A stretch of 64,000 nt of DNA. It comes from a virus. The stretch is from positions 58,513 to 122,512 of IMG/VR virus record IMGVR_UViG_3300045107_000413; one strand, given 5' to 3'. Made by a program: the position numbers and the translations under genes. This document shows, piece after piece, positions 27,000-36,972 of this stretch. Every line of letters begins with the position of its first letter. The stretch's first letter is position 1. The notes beneath the pieces were generated by a model that saw only the letters and a program-made list of their open reading frames with translations, made no database searches and was not told the DNA's origin.

Positions 27000-27200
27000 A
27001 TGAAACGCTACACCACCAGAGAAGCGGCAGAGCGGCTCGATATCGCCCCCGTCACCGTGCGCCGCCATATCGAGCAGGGGCATCTCTCCGCTGAAAAGTG
27101 CGGGCGTGACTACTTCATCACCGATGAGGAGTTGGCGCGCTTTGCTGCCATTACTCGCAGGCGCGGGCCACGCCCGAAAGGGTTGCCTGCTACTCAGTGA
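27000..27200 (+). CDS. HTH_17/excisionase-like DNA-binding protein
   Basis: YTTREAAERLDIAPVTVRRHIEQGHLSAEKCGRDYFI. Confidence 0.85.
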   Translation: MKRYTTREAAERLDIAPVTVRRHIEQGHLSAEKCGRDYFITDEELARFAAITRRRGPRPKGLPATQ

Positions 27201-30200
27201 ACGGGTCATCAATGAACGGGACATCCACCACGCCCGTTGCCTGCTCATAGGCTTCCCAGTCATCCATACGCATATTCGTGCGCTGCTCTGCTGTAAGCGG
27301 CGGGCGTTGCCCCTTGCCGACACCTACGGGCCATCTGCGATAGCGGGCGGGCATCATGCCACTCATCGTTGGCACCTGTTTGGTGATGAGTTGGGTGAGG
27401 GCGGCTAACTCTTCCCTGCTGTACTGCTTTGTCTCACCGCCCGTCTGAAGCAATTCCTCAAAACTGGCGATATTATCAATTGCCATGCTGGAAACGGGCG
27501 TCACCGTGCGGCTAAAGGTGGTGGGACGGCCAAGCGGCATATCCTTGAGTTTGCCGACCGCCTCCAGCGTGGCGCGTACCTCGTTCTGCAAGCCTGCGAG
27601 CTTCGTGCGCGCCTCCCCCATTGCGCTGTCCACGGCTTTTGTGACGTTGGCGGTGATGATGTCCTGTGCGCTGACACCGGCAAAGGTCTGCTGGATTGCG
27701 GCCTTGATGGCATTGGAGAGTTCAGCAGAAGCGAGCATGGAGTAGTCGGGGCCTTCACCCATCTGTCGTGCCTCCGCCTGCGCTTCCTCGACCGTGGTGC
27801 CGTTGCCCTGGTGCGCCGTGCCATCGCCTGAGACACCCTTGCAGGCGTCAGGATGCATGGCGGCGACCATATCATGAATGCTCTGCAACCGTTGCCGGTT
27901 CGTGGCATTGATTTCACGCCCCTCTTTGCGCTTGACCCCGTTGGCATCCATGCTGTAGAGGCCGTAGGGAGCCGCCTGTGCCTGACCTGCGCTCTCCTCA
28001 TCGTCATCACTATCTGCGTCGAGGTCAGGCACGTGCATGAGGGTCATCAGGCCGTCCACGTAGCCGTCAATGCGCCCTGAGAGCATTTCCAGCGCGTCAC
28101 TACACTCATCTAACTGCGAAAGCGTGGAGATGACCGTCTGCGCATCGGCGTCATTCTGCACGAGGTTGCATTTGGTGGCAAGCATGGCAGGGGTGACTTC
28201 CAGCAGGCCGAGGGACTTGCCGATGTCATTGTAGAGGCGCAGGGCCGCGTGCTGAATATCGGTGAGTGCGGGCGCAGCTTTGCCGGTCAAGGCCATTTCT
28301 TGCCCTTCTACAGGGCTTCCAGGGGCATGTGTGAGAGCCTTGCTCGCTGTGCGGGATTCGCACTTGTCACAGCAGTCACAGTCAGGCTTGCCCGTGCAGG
28401 CATCGCAGCAGCCACAGCCGACAGCTTTGGTAGCGTCTGGCGGGTCTATTGTCTTCTCCTCATCGCTATGGTGATCGTGCTGGCTATCATTGGAATGCCG
28501 ATGGACATGAGAGTGCTGGTTATCTCCTCCCTGGCTTGAGTATGCATGATGAGAATGCTCATGCTCACCAGTAAATGCAGCGTGAGAGCCGTCTTCATTG
28601 ATCGTGACGCTGCCCGCCTTTGTCGTGTCTTCCTCCTCCACGATGTCCTGCCGGATGAGGGCCTCCCCATTCTCCGTATCCAACACACCCTCTGCTTTGC
28701 TGGCAAGCCAGGGAATCCACCCGCCGCCGGACTCCTTCACGTAGAGGATGCCGCCATGCTCCTCCGTCTCAAAACCGAGCGCCTGCATACAGGCCGTTTC
28801 CTCAGCATAGAGGGCATCCATACTCTTGTCTTCCTTTTCCCACGGAACCACCCATTTCGGGTCGGGGGAAAATTCGCTGTTGATGCGCCCGTACATGGTT
28901 TTGACTTTTGCTTTCATCGCAGCGTCATCCCCGCCAAATTTGCCGCCGCCCATGCCCCCACTGAGTACGCCCGCACAGGCCCGGCAACCAAGCGGGACAA
29001 TCTTGGGAGAGCCATCTGAGACGTAGCAGAAGGGCATCTTGAAGCCGCTCTGCTTATCGCTATTGTCGGGGTCATACCAGAGGAAGCACTGACGAGCCTT
29101 ACTTGCCACAATGTCCCCATCATCATTCTTTGCCCAGGCGAATATCTGCTGCTCCGCTTTACTGCCTGTCCACTCTGTCTTTATGTCCATGAGCGGCCAT
29201 GAGGTTTTGCCCGATGCCGCCTTTGTACTATCCAGATCATCATTATCAAGGGATTGCTGCTCTACATCCATTGCGGTAGTATCCTGTGGAGTTGCTGTTT
29301 TCTGCTCTACGACATGCTGCGCTAAGAGGGAAGAGACTTCATCACGGGAAAGGGATTTCTTGGTACCGGTACCAGCGTCGAGGTAAAAGCCCTCTTCTCC
29401 ATCGAGGGTATACATCACCCGCGCCGTCTGCGCGCCACGCGCCTTGATACGGGAGAGGTCGCTTTTCAGGCCATCACTGGTGATGTTGTCAACAATGGAG
29501 GCATAATCACGGGAGAAGAGGGACTTGAAGGCGGGGGCAAGTTGCTTTGCCGTCTCAGCATCACCATCTACCAGTGAGCGAGCAAAACGGCCTTTGATCG
29601 CGTTCTCAACCCAACAGCGTTGATTCGCAGGCAAAGAGACAATTGAGAACTCAACGGCCTGTACGCGCTTGATGATAATGGGTGAGTTCGGGTCATTGGG
29701 GTCAGCAAAGTCCCATTCCAGTACCAGACAACCAACGGATGTTCCTAAGCGCAGTTTCGATTTGATGATGAGGTTATAGGCCCGTTCCGCCGGAGGATGG
29801 TCAACCGCCATTTCGGTTGCCAGCCAGAGATCAGCAATATGGTTTTGCAACTGAATCATGGGTTGCCCGTAGAGTTTGCCCATGATATTGTCGAGGTTAT
29901 ACGAGTGATCAGAGAAGATCAAGAAATCAGGGTCAAGGTGCGTCATATCCTCTAATGCAGAGAGGGCCATGATGTCGCCTTGCAAGTCCATGATGGTAGA
30001 GGAGCCGCGCATCTGCACGATGGGGCGGCTCCTATCTGCATCTGGAATAGGGATAAGCCCGGCTGTCTTCATCGAGCCGGTATAAATGCTGAAGTCTGCG
30101 CCCACCAGTTTGCGGGACTGCGCAAACTCCCGCGAGAGTAAAGACGTATCTACCGCCACATTCACCACCACTTTCACTACCCACCACATCCCATGTGGCA

Positions 30201-30201
30201 T
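27190..30201 (-). CDS. Large prohead protease/scaffold protein
   Basis: N-terminal HK97-type protease motifs (DLQGDIM, FSDH, GTSVG, EFSIVSLPAN), then a long acidic, His-rich and Cys-rich extension. The exact start is uncertain. Confidence 0.8.
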   Translation of the reverse strand: MPHGMWWVVKVVVNVAVDTSLLSREFAQSRKLVGADFSIYTGSMKTAGLIPIPDADRSRPIVQMRGSSTIMDLQGDIMALSALEDMTHLDPDFLIFSDHSYNLDNIMGKLYGQPMIQLQNHIADLWLATEMAVDHPPAERAYNLIIKSKLRLGTSVGCLVLEWDFADPNDPNSPIIIKRVQAVEFSIVSLPANQRCWVENAIKGRFARSLVDGDAETAKQLAPAFKSLFSRDYASIVDNITSDGLKSDLSRIKARGAQTARVMYTLDGEEGFYLDAGTGTKKSLSRDEVSSLLAQHVVEQKTATPQDTTAMDVEQQSLDNDDLDSTKAASGKTSWPLMDIKTEWTGSKAEQQIFAWAKNDDGDIVASKARQCFLWYDPDNSDKQSGFKMPFCYVSDGSPKIVPLGCRACAGVLSGGMGGGKFGGDDAAMKAKVKTMYGRINSEFSPDPKWVVPWEKEDKSMDALYAEETACMQALGFETEEHGGILYVKESGGGWIPWLASKAEGVLDTENGEALIRQDIVEEEDTTKAGSVTINEDGSHAAFTGEHEHSHHAYSSQGGDNQHSHVHRHSNDSQHDHHSDEEKTIDPPDATKAVGCGCCDACTGKPDCDCCDKCESRTASKALTHAPGSPVEGQEMALTGKAAPALTDIQHAALRLYNDIGKSLGLLEVTPAMLATKCNLVQNDADAQTVISTLSQLDECSDALEMLSGRIDGYVDGLMTLMHVPDLDADSDDDEESAGQAQAAPYGLYSMDANGVKRKEGREINATNRQRLQSIHDMVAAMHPDACKGVSGDGTAHQGNGTTVEEAQAEARQMGEGPDYSMLASAELSNAIKAAIQQTFAGVSAQDIITANVTKAVDSAMGEARTKLAGLQNEVRATLEAVGKLKDMPLGRPTTFSRTVTPVSSMAIDNIASFEELLQTGGETKQYSREELAALTQLITKQVPTMSGMMPARYRRWPVGVGKGQRPPLTAEQRTNMRMDDWEAYEQATGVVDVPFIDDPFTE

Positions 30202-30219
30202 CCTACTTGACAGTATAGC

Positions 30220-30426
30220 TTATTTGCCCGCTTCCTGCGAGACCTCAATCACGCGCCAACTCGGATGTAACGCCTGCTCTGCTGACACCAGGGAAACACT
30301 CAACACCTCAAAGTCCGTGATAACACGCACACCTTGCTCATTGACGTGGCTTTTCTGGCGCATGCCGCTCAGTGCCAATCCTACTTGTGGCGCATGCTGA
30401 CGCCGATACCTGCGATGCGCTTTCAT
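30220..30426 (-). CDS. Small ORF resembling a prohead-protease fragment
   Basis: RVITDFEVLSVSLVS resembles IIKRVQAVEFSIVS in the adjacent protease. Confidence 0.4.
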   Translation of the reverse strand: MKAHRRYRRQHAPQVGLALSGMRQKSHVNEQGVRVITDFEVLSVSLVSAEQALHPSWRVIEVSQEAGK

Positions 30427-30429
30427 GTG

Positions 30430-30729
30430 CTAGTCCTCATCTAATGCCCGCTCATGACAGTTCGGGCATGTCCAATCCGCCATCTGTCGCTCCATCATAG
30501 TACGGTATTGCATATTCCTGATCTTCTTTGCCGCCCGTTCTACTTCACGAGCAATCACTTCCCGCAGTGAGATATGCTCCTGTTCTCCTTCACCATACGG
30601 CATGAGGGTATCGAGATCATCAGAAAGCAACTCGTCTTCCCAATTGAGCAAGAAGCGGAGCGGATTGTAACTCTTGCTCCAATAGTCATCCTGCTGCCAG
30701 CCACACTGATGGCAATGAAGATAGGCCAT
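30430..30729 (-). CDS. Zn-finger hypothetical protein
   Basis: CHQC...CPNC. Confidence 0.6.
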   Translation of the reverse strand: MAYLHCHQCGWQQDDYWSKSYNPLRFLLNWEDELLSDDLDTLMPYGEGEQEHISLREVIAREVERAAKKIRNMQYRTMMERQMADWTCPNCHERALDED

Positions 30730-30897
30730 TAGCCATTTCCCCCATCCGTGATCATACTATTCTCATCCTTGTGTAATGGCTCACAGGACAGGAAAAGCCG
30801 GAGCAATGCCTGCTCAAACCGCTCACTACAGAGACGCTCTGGCGGTATCGGGTCATCCAGTGCATCATGGAGTTCCCGCAAAAGAGCTTTTCTCTTC

Positions 30898-31326
30898 TCA
30901 TCCATTGCTGGTACCCTCTGTACTTGCACTCTCACTCCCCTCCTTCTTCCCGTTCGTCTTTGCCGGCGTCGGGTCAACACTCTCCCCACTACCCGCATCA
31001 GCACTCACTGGCACACTTGCCGCCTCAGCACTCTCCAGCACGGCCTGCTCCGCTTCCGGTGGCTCGGTAGTGCTGGCAGGGGCAACGGCAGGAAGCTCCA
31101 CCGTCTCCTCGAACATGAGGCTGTCCTGTGGGTGTTCGGGGTAGAACATGCGCGGCTCACTAGGGAACTGGATGAGCAGAGCAAGCGGGTCAGGGTCATA
31201 GGCGCGGGATGGGTCAAGCCGAAACGCGCAGGAGTAGACTGGCATGCCGTCCACCTCGATGAGAGAGTGCGTAAGCATGCCCTGGAAATCAGATGCTTCA
31301 ATGATTTTCGGATTGTTCAGTGTCAT
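30898..31326 (-). CDS. Hypothetical protein with acidic tail
   Basis: GGAGG RBS. Confidence 0.5.
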   Translation of the reverse strand: MTLNNPKIIEASDFQGMLTHSLIEVDGMPVYSCAFRLDPSRAYDPDPLALLIQFPSEPRMFYPEHPQDSLMFEETVELPAVAPASTTEPPEAEQAVLESAEAASVPVSADAGSGESVDPTPAKTNGKKEGSESASTEGTSNG

Positions 31327-31544
31327 GGGAATACCTCCATACTATCTTGTTCAGGACACTCATCGGATGCCTTCCGTGAATAGTGTGCAAGAAACCGCTC
31401 TGCTACCTGCATGCTCACTTCTCTTCCCCAGTCTTCCAGTTCCTCCCATGTCCAGAGAGGGGGAGCGCCAGGGCGCGGGACGGTCGCAAGAACCTCATTA
31501 TACAGATCATGCAGCACCTTGCCATGCATTTCACGCTCATCCAC
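31323..31544 (-). CDS. Hypothetical protein
   Basis: GGAGG RBS, coupled. Confidence 0.45.
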   Translation of the reverse strand: MDEREMHGKVLHDLYNEVLATVPRPGAPPLWTWEELEDWGREVSMQVAERFLAHYSRKASDECPEQDSMEVFP

Positions 31545-31702
31545 GGTAATACCTCCACTACTTTACAAACAACAAACGGATTGCGCTAATGACATGCTTC
31601 ATATCAGCTAGCATGGCGGCTTTCAAGCGCATACAGGCAGCTTGCAGGTCACGCACCGCGCCATTGAAGGTATGCGTTCGCAGATATGCCTCAATTTCCT
31701 CA

Positions 31703-32263
31703 TCATTCATGCTTTGCCTCCAATGGTTCCAACACTTCCACATAAAACGGGCCGCGCACGCCCGCGCTATGCCGCTCTGCTCCAGCAAGGGCTAGCTCAA
31801 GCCGGATCAATGGCTTGAGGGTAGGGGTGGCATAGAGAACGCCGAGCGCCACATCTTCCCCACAGCCAACGGCATCATAGCCGTCAAGGGATTCTCCCAC
31901 CTGATAATCTGCATCAATGGTGAAGAGGTGGCCTGCAATGCCTACCAGGAAATGCCCCGCCGACTCCTGCTCATTGTTTTTCTGTGCGTAGCCGCCAGAT
32001 TTCAGGCATTCCCGCACCGCGTCAATGAAGGTGGTTGCCATGAAGCGTTCGAGGTCAACTGTACTGTCATATACTGGCGGCGTGAATGCAAAGCGGAGCA
32101 ATTGCAGCATTCTAAACGAGGTGGTCGCCCCGAAGAGATAGCCGCCATTGTGAAACACCTTCCTGTCTTTACGGATGGTGAGGCTATAGCCACCCACGCC
32201 CGCGCTATCACCGCCGATGTAGACACGCCCATCGTCATCGATTAGCCCAACAATACATGTCAT
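31703..32263 (-). CDS. HslV/proteasome-beta-like Ntn peptidase
   Basis: N-terminal M-T-CIVG (Thr nucleophile), IGGDS, KVF and AVGCG...ALG. Confidence 0.75.
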   Translation of the reverse strand: MTCIVGLIDDDGRVYIGGDSAGVGGYSLTIRKDRKVFHNGGYLFGATTSFRMLQLLRFAFTPPVYDSTVDLERFMATTFIDAVRECLKSGGYAQKNNEQESAGHFLVGIAGHLFTIDADYQVGESLDGYDAVGCGEDVALGVLYATPTLKPLIRLELALAGAERHSAGVRGPFYVEVLEPLEAKHE

Positions 32264-32504
32264 ACGCTTCTAATTATCCTCTTCTATGGCAAAATACGTC
32301 ATCTCTCGATACAACGGTTCTCCCACCAGCATCTCCGTCCGTTCCCCTATCGGCACGACAATAGGAGACACTGGCATGATGTAGCCCTGCTGTGCCTGCA
32401 CTATCCGGCGTAAGACGAGCGTCACCGACGGCGGGAGGGGAATGCATTGCCCGTCTTCAGTGCGTAGGGCAAGGGTTTCTGGCAAGTTCAGCATCATTTT
32501 CCTC

Positions 32505-33179
32505 TTATACCTGAACGATATCATAGCCATGCGGACAGCCGCCGTGAGCGGGCATTTCGGGCAATTCCGACCATTGTGACAGGTCAAAAAGCTGCCCTGC
32601 CACCTCAGCACAGATATCATTGCTGGCGGTGTCGGGGCTACACAAGATGGCGTAGTCACCGCCTTGAATAACTTCCCCCGTCTCGCTATCTACGACATCT
32701 CCGCTCTCTACGTCCATGATAAACGCATCAGTCCCATCGTAGTTGCCCTGCCCGCACGTATAGTTTGCGACCTGTTTGCTCTTCCACAGAGCAAGCCCGC
32801 TCACAAATGCGCTTACCTTCCCCACCAGATCACGCACCGCCTCTCGCACACTGCCATAGAGATCAGCCCATCCCGCCGTAAGCAACCCCTTCTGCTGCTT
32901 CTCCACCTCTAATACCCGCTCTAAGAAATGCGAAAGAAGCGTCTGGTACGTCTCTGCAATGCTCTCTGCTGCCTTATGCGCTTGCTTTTGCGCCCGTTCA
33001 ATGTCACGCTGAGATGGCTCCCAGATGGGAAGGGCATGGACGGTGTGCTGTGCTTTCCGGTAGGCGCGCTGCATGGCAGAGAGGCGCGCCGTTGCCAGAT
33101 GACTGGCAAGGATGGTCACGTCCTGCTCGGTCATGGCATAGGCTTTCATGATAAGCGCAATCAAGGCAGCATCGGTCAT
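32505..33179 (-). CDS. Putative minor head protein (SPP1 gp7/Mu F-like)
   Basis: Lies downstream of the portal gene. C-terminal ..IC..VAG...MPAHGGCPH resembles the P.H..C.C motif. Confidence 0.55.
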   Translation of the reverse strand: MTDAALIALIMKAYAMTEQDVTILASHLATARLSAMQRAYRKAQHTVHALPIWEPSQRDIERAQKQAHKAAESIAETYQTLLSHFLERVLEVEKQQKGLLTAGWADLYGSVREAVRDLVGKVSAFVSGLALWKSKQVANYTCGQGNYDGTDAFIMDVESGDVVDSETGEVIQGGDYAILCSPDTASNDICAEVAGQLFDLSQWSELPEMPAHGGCPHGYDIVQV

Positions 33180-33442
33180 GGGTTATGGCTCCAGTTCCCC
33201 TTCTGCAAACGCCTGCTGAAATGCCTCTTGCTCCTGTGCTGGCATTTCTATCACCTCAACACCCTCATCAGTACGCAGGGCAATGCCAATGCCATTCACA
33301 CCCTGCATATGCAGCATCCTCATCAGTTCAGTGATGGCTTGCCGGTCGAAGTTGCCCTGAAAGATGAGCAGATATTTCCTGTCAGGTTTCAGTTCAATGA
33401 CATTGGATACCGCCCGTAGTGGGTCGGTAGTCATATGCTCAC

Positions 33443-33856
33443 TCACTCCTGTTCTCCTTCCTCGCAGCCAAAGCCGCCCTCTTCTGTCTCCCCTGCTGCG
33501 TATTGCTGCTTTGCGACCTCGGCCAGTTGCGCCAGGCCCGCCTGCACATGGGGCTTGCTCCACGTCTCATCCCATGTCTGTTCCTCCTCTCGTACCAGCC
33601 GTTGCAGCGTCTCCCGCTCTGCCTCTAGCCATGCCAGCAGATTGAGGGCGGCTTGCGGGGAGAGGTCAAGGATGCGCGTGCGACGGGCATAAGCAGAGGC
33701 CGGAATGGTCAGTGTGACTTTCTGCCAGGAGCGCACGGTATGCGCGTCTCCATTGAACCTACCCCCATAATAGGCGTTATACTCGACTTCCAGGGGGCGT
33801 GTGTCATCACTGATGCGCGTCGTTTTGTGGTCAATCTCCTGCTGTAGCGGGATCAT
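33443..33856 (-). CDS. Hypothetical protein
   Basis: GGAGG RBS. Confidence 0.5.
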   Translation of the reverse strand: MIPLQQEIDHKTTRISDDTRPLEVEYNAYYGGRFNGDAHTVRSWQKVTLTIPASAYARRTRILDLSPQAALNLLAWLEAERETLQRLVREEEQTWDETWSKPHVQAGLAQLAEVAKQQYAAGETEEGGFGCEEGEQE

Positions 33857-33868
33857 GCTGCCTCCCTA

Positions 33869-34153
33869 CTATAGCCGTGTATCAGGGGAAGTCAGCACGT
33901 TGTCAATAGCCTGACATAAGGCATCTACCAATGCCAACTCATGCGCTGAGAGTTCCTGTTGCTCTGCGGGCAAGGAGAGCGAGAAGGTGACAACGACGCG
34001 CTTACTCACCTCCCCGTCACGCAGGGAATGTACACCCCGCCCCACCGCACCGACAAGGCGCATAGCTGAGGCTGTCTCTGTGGAAAAAGCGGTAGAGAGC
34101 CGCTCAATCTCTGCCTGTAGTTCATCTAGCCGTGTGGTTGCTTTCATGTCCAT
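33869..34153 (-). CDS. Hypothetical protein
   Basis: AAGGAG RBS, follows the portal gene. Confidence 0.5.
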   Translation of the reverse strand: MDMKATTRLDELQAEIERLSTAFSTETASAMRLVGAVGRGVHSLRDGEVSKRVVVTFSLSLPAEQQELSAHELALVDALCQAIDNVLTSPDTRL

Positions 34154-34155
34154 GC

Positions 34156-36231
34156 CTATGCTCCTTCTTGCTCTTTCAAGGCGTGCGCCCCGCGCCGTTC
34201 CACATCTCCAAACAAGGCTTTGATCGTCGCTTCAAGCTGCGCCCGCGCCGCCAGTTCCTCACTGCTGCGCCGGTGTTGTGCTGCTCCTTCCTGTGGCACG
34301 GCGCGCCCATCAGCTTTTGCCAGGTGCGCGGGCGACCAGGCGACACCGGGGCGGCGCAGGTCATACGCACTTCTCGTATACGAACGCTTGAGCAGGGCCT
34401 TTGCTGTGCTTTCTGCGCCAGCCTCACCAGATGGGCTACTTCCCGCCTCACCCCCGCCTGTTGCGCTGCCTGTCGCGTCTGCCTGCGCGGCGGAGGTAGC
34501 GGCTCCATCATCGGACTTGCCCATGTCATCATCACTGGCGTCATCACTGCTAATGCCCTCGTCGCTATCTGCGTCGATGCCACCGGAGGCGTCCTGTGTG
34601 CCAACGGGCGGGGCATAGGCACCGTAATCTCCGTCATAGGAAAGCCAGGGAATTGGGCCATTCTTCGAGGGGACGTAGTAGGTGTTGCCGCCAGGAACGG
34701 GTTCCTCCCCGCGCATGAGCAGCATTTGATTAAGCGTCGCGGCAGGAAGGCCCGCCAATCCGTCTTTGGCAATCGCCATATCACGCTCAAAATGCATGCG
34801 CCGTGCGACTTCCGAGACCTCTGGGAAGACGATGCGCAAATTGAGGCTATCAATCCCCTGTCGCCACGCCGGGCCGTATTTACGCGGCGCAAAGTCGGAG
34901 AGCAATTCCAGGTTGAGATAGACTTCAATCAAGAGCAGCAGGGGGATGTAGCCCTTGTCATTGGAGATTTCCTGCTGCGTCTGCGCGGTGGCCCGGTTGA
35001 CGTCCCCGACAAAGCTGAGATCAGCCAGCGTCAGGCCGAAACACGAGGTGATCTTGTGTACCATGTACTCCTGGTAACTCATGAAGAGTTGGTCGCTCAT
35101 GGAATAGATGACGGGCAGCACCTGCGCCGCCTGCGGCCCGCCTAAAAACATCAGTTCGCGCCGCCCGGCAATCTCGCTTTCATAGATGCTCTGCAATTGC
35201 CGGATTTGCTGCGTCGAGGCACCGGGCAGGTTGACGATATTAGGCGGCGGCTTGTCATCCACCATGCGCATGGCCCGCTCGGTGGCTTTCAGGTCGCTCA
35301 CAATCGTATCGGCCAGCACCTGTACCGGGCCTAACCCGAAGCGGTAAGACGTGGGGTCATTGAAGGCCACAATCGCCTCGTCATTGCGTAGAGGGACTTT
35401 CTTGCCAAGCCCGCTATAGCCCGGCTCCTGGTAGAGATAGCGCGGCTCGGCAGGGTCGCCTGACCAGGCCGGGTAAATCTTGATGTTGGCGGCGTCCTCA
35501 CAGTAGATGGCCTGCGGTACCCGTCCCTTGAGCGTCATGCTCTTGGTGAGGCACCCTTGCCCAAGTGTCAAGAGGTCGCGCACGAACTCCCCGATCAGCA
35601 TCGGCCACGTATCCCTGACCTCATTGGGCTGGTCAAGGAGCGCCTGTACCTGCTTCAGCACCGCCTTGTTGTAGGGCTTGCGCTCATCGGCGGGTAGCAC
35701 CGCCAGGTCAGCACGCGCGACTTTGCGGGAGAGAAAGTTGAGCGCGGAATTCACCCAGACATCCCCCTCTGACCAATCTCGCAGGCGCCGCGCATTGTTG
35801 ACACCGACAGGGTTGTTCTTATCCGTCTCAGTACCCGCCCAACCGGAAAGCGTGCCTTGATTGCCTCCCCGGCTCCCGCCTGTGGGGCTGGCAAGGGTCA
35901 CATCAGGGCTGCGTAGGGCCGCTTGCCGCAGTTCTTCACGGGAGGCAATGTCTTGCAGGTAGTGCGCCAGTTGCGGGTACTGATGCAGGAGCCGCGAGGC
36001 ATAGGTGAGGTCAGGCAGCGCGGGCGTCTTTGTGCTGAGGGCGCGTTCGTCGGCGGCGCGCTGGGCAAGGGCAAGCGCACGTGTCAACTCTAGCCAGCCT
36101 GTGCGCAGCGCCGCGTCGTCATAGAGGGTCTGCCAGTTGACTTCTCCCCCACCGGAGGATGGCGCAATCGCTGGTTGCTGTGCCTGTCTTCGCTGCTGCT
36201 GTTTGCCCCTACGGGCATGTTTGCCGCCCAT
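34156..36231 (-). CDS. Phage portal protein
   Basis: LLDQPN, GLGPVQV, ITSCFGL, VNRATA and LNQMLLMRGEEPVPGG. Downstream of TerL. Confidence 0.9.
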   Translation of the reverse strand: MGGKHARRGKQQQRRQAQQPAIAPSSGGGEVNWQTLYDDAALRTGWLELTRALALAQRAADERALSTKTPALPDLTYASRLLHQYPQLAHYLQDIASREELRQAALRSPDVTLASPTGGSRGGNQGTLSGWAGTETDKNNPVGVNNARRLRDWSEGDVWVNSALNFLSRKVARADLAVLPADERKPYNKAVLKQVQALLDQPNEVRDTWPMLIGEFVRDLLTLGQGCLTKSMTLKGRVPQAIYCEDAANIKIYPAWSGDPAEPRYLYQEPGYSGLGKKVPLRNDEAIVAFNDPTSYRFGLGPVQVLADTIVSDLKATERAMRMVDDKPPPNIVNLPGASTQQIRQLQSIYESEIAGRRELMFLGGPQAAQVLPVIYSMSDQLFMSYQEYMVHKITSCFGLTLADLSFVGDVNRATAQTQQEISNDKGYIPLLLLIEVYLNLELLSDFAPRKYGPAWRQGIDSLNLRIVFPEVSEVARRMHFERDMAIAKDGLAGLPAATLNQMLLMRGEEPVPGGNTYYVPSKNGPIPWLSYDGDYGAYAPPVGTQDASGGIDADSDEGISSDDASDDDMGKSDDGAATSAAQADATGSATGGGEAGSSPSGEAGAESTAKALLKRSYTRSAYDLRRPGVAWSPAHLAKADGRAVPQEGAAQHRRSSEELAARAQLEATIKALFGDVERRGAHALKEQEGA

Positions 36232-36436
36232 TGTCCACCTCTTCCACTTTCCATGCCCCTGATTGCACGTGCTTCAGGGTCTGGATGAGTGCGGGTATCG
36301 CTTCCCTGTCAATCAGTGTATTGCCGCCCGTATCATCACGCAGGGTAATAAGCCCATCGTCGTATTCGGGCGGGACATCCTCCACCACAACCCAGAATGA
36401 CGGGTTGACCTCAAGGATAACCTCACTCATGGTCAT
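36209..36436 (-). CDS. Hypothetical protein
   Basis: Coupled ORF. Confidence 0.45.
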   Translation of the reverse strand: MTMSEVILEVNPSFWVVVEDVPPEYDDGLITLRDDTGGNTLIDREAIPALIQTLKHVQSGAWKVEEVDNGRQTCP

Positions 36437-36773
36437 GCTCTCCTAGATAGGAACGCCACTCAAAGGCGGCATTTTCGAGATGCCCCATTGCCTCAAGTAA
36501 CTCCTGCGCCCCGTGCAGGATGTCCCAGTACCGCGCCCCATCCGGGCCAATCTCTTCCATGACTGCCGCAGTGCGCAGGAACGCATCGTGCAGGGGATGG
36601 AGCAACTGCTCAAAGGCATCAGGGTCACGGGGTAGTGCTAGCATGCCTGCCGCCCCTTCAAGTGTTGCCCCTGGCGCTTTATCTCCCGCCACTACCTGGG
36701 TAGCATTGCCACTCTTTTCCCATTGCAGGGGAGCGATGGGCATATCCTGTATATCCATTCTATCCTCATCCAT
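36423..36773 (-). CDS. Hypothetical protein
   Basis: Coupled ORF. Confidence 0.45.
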   Translation of the reverse strand: MDEDRMDIQDMPIAPLQWEKSGNATQVVAGDKAPGATLEGAAGMLALPRDPDAFEQLLHPLHDAFLRTAAVMEEIGPDGARYWDILHGAQELLEAMGHLENAAFEWRSYLGEHDHE

Positions 36774-36972
36774 ACTTGTTAATCACACTTGCCCCGCCAG
36801 TCCGCTCACAGGTATGCCGAAACGTGCCTCTGGCCTGTACGGGGAGCCAGTAGGTGCGGTGGCAGGAGAGGCACGTGGTCTCGATAGCGATAATGCGCCC
36901 GCCCTGCATCTGCACCCGACTCTTGCCAATCATGGTGATGGTGATAGCGTCTTTATTCTGCTCAGTGTCCAT
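36766..36972 (-). CDS. Small Zn-ribbon protein
   Basis: CLSC..HTC, GGAGG RBS. Confidence 0.45.
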   Translation of the reverse strand: MDTEQNKDAITITMIGKSRVQMQGGRIIAIETTCLSCHRTYWLPVQARGTFRHTCERTGGASVINKYG

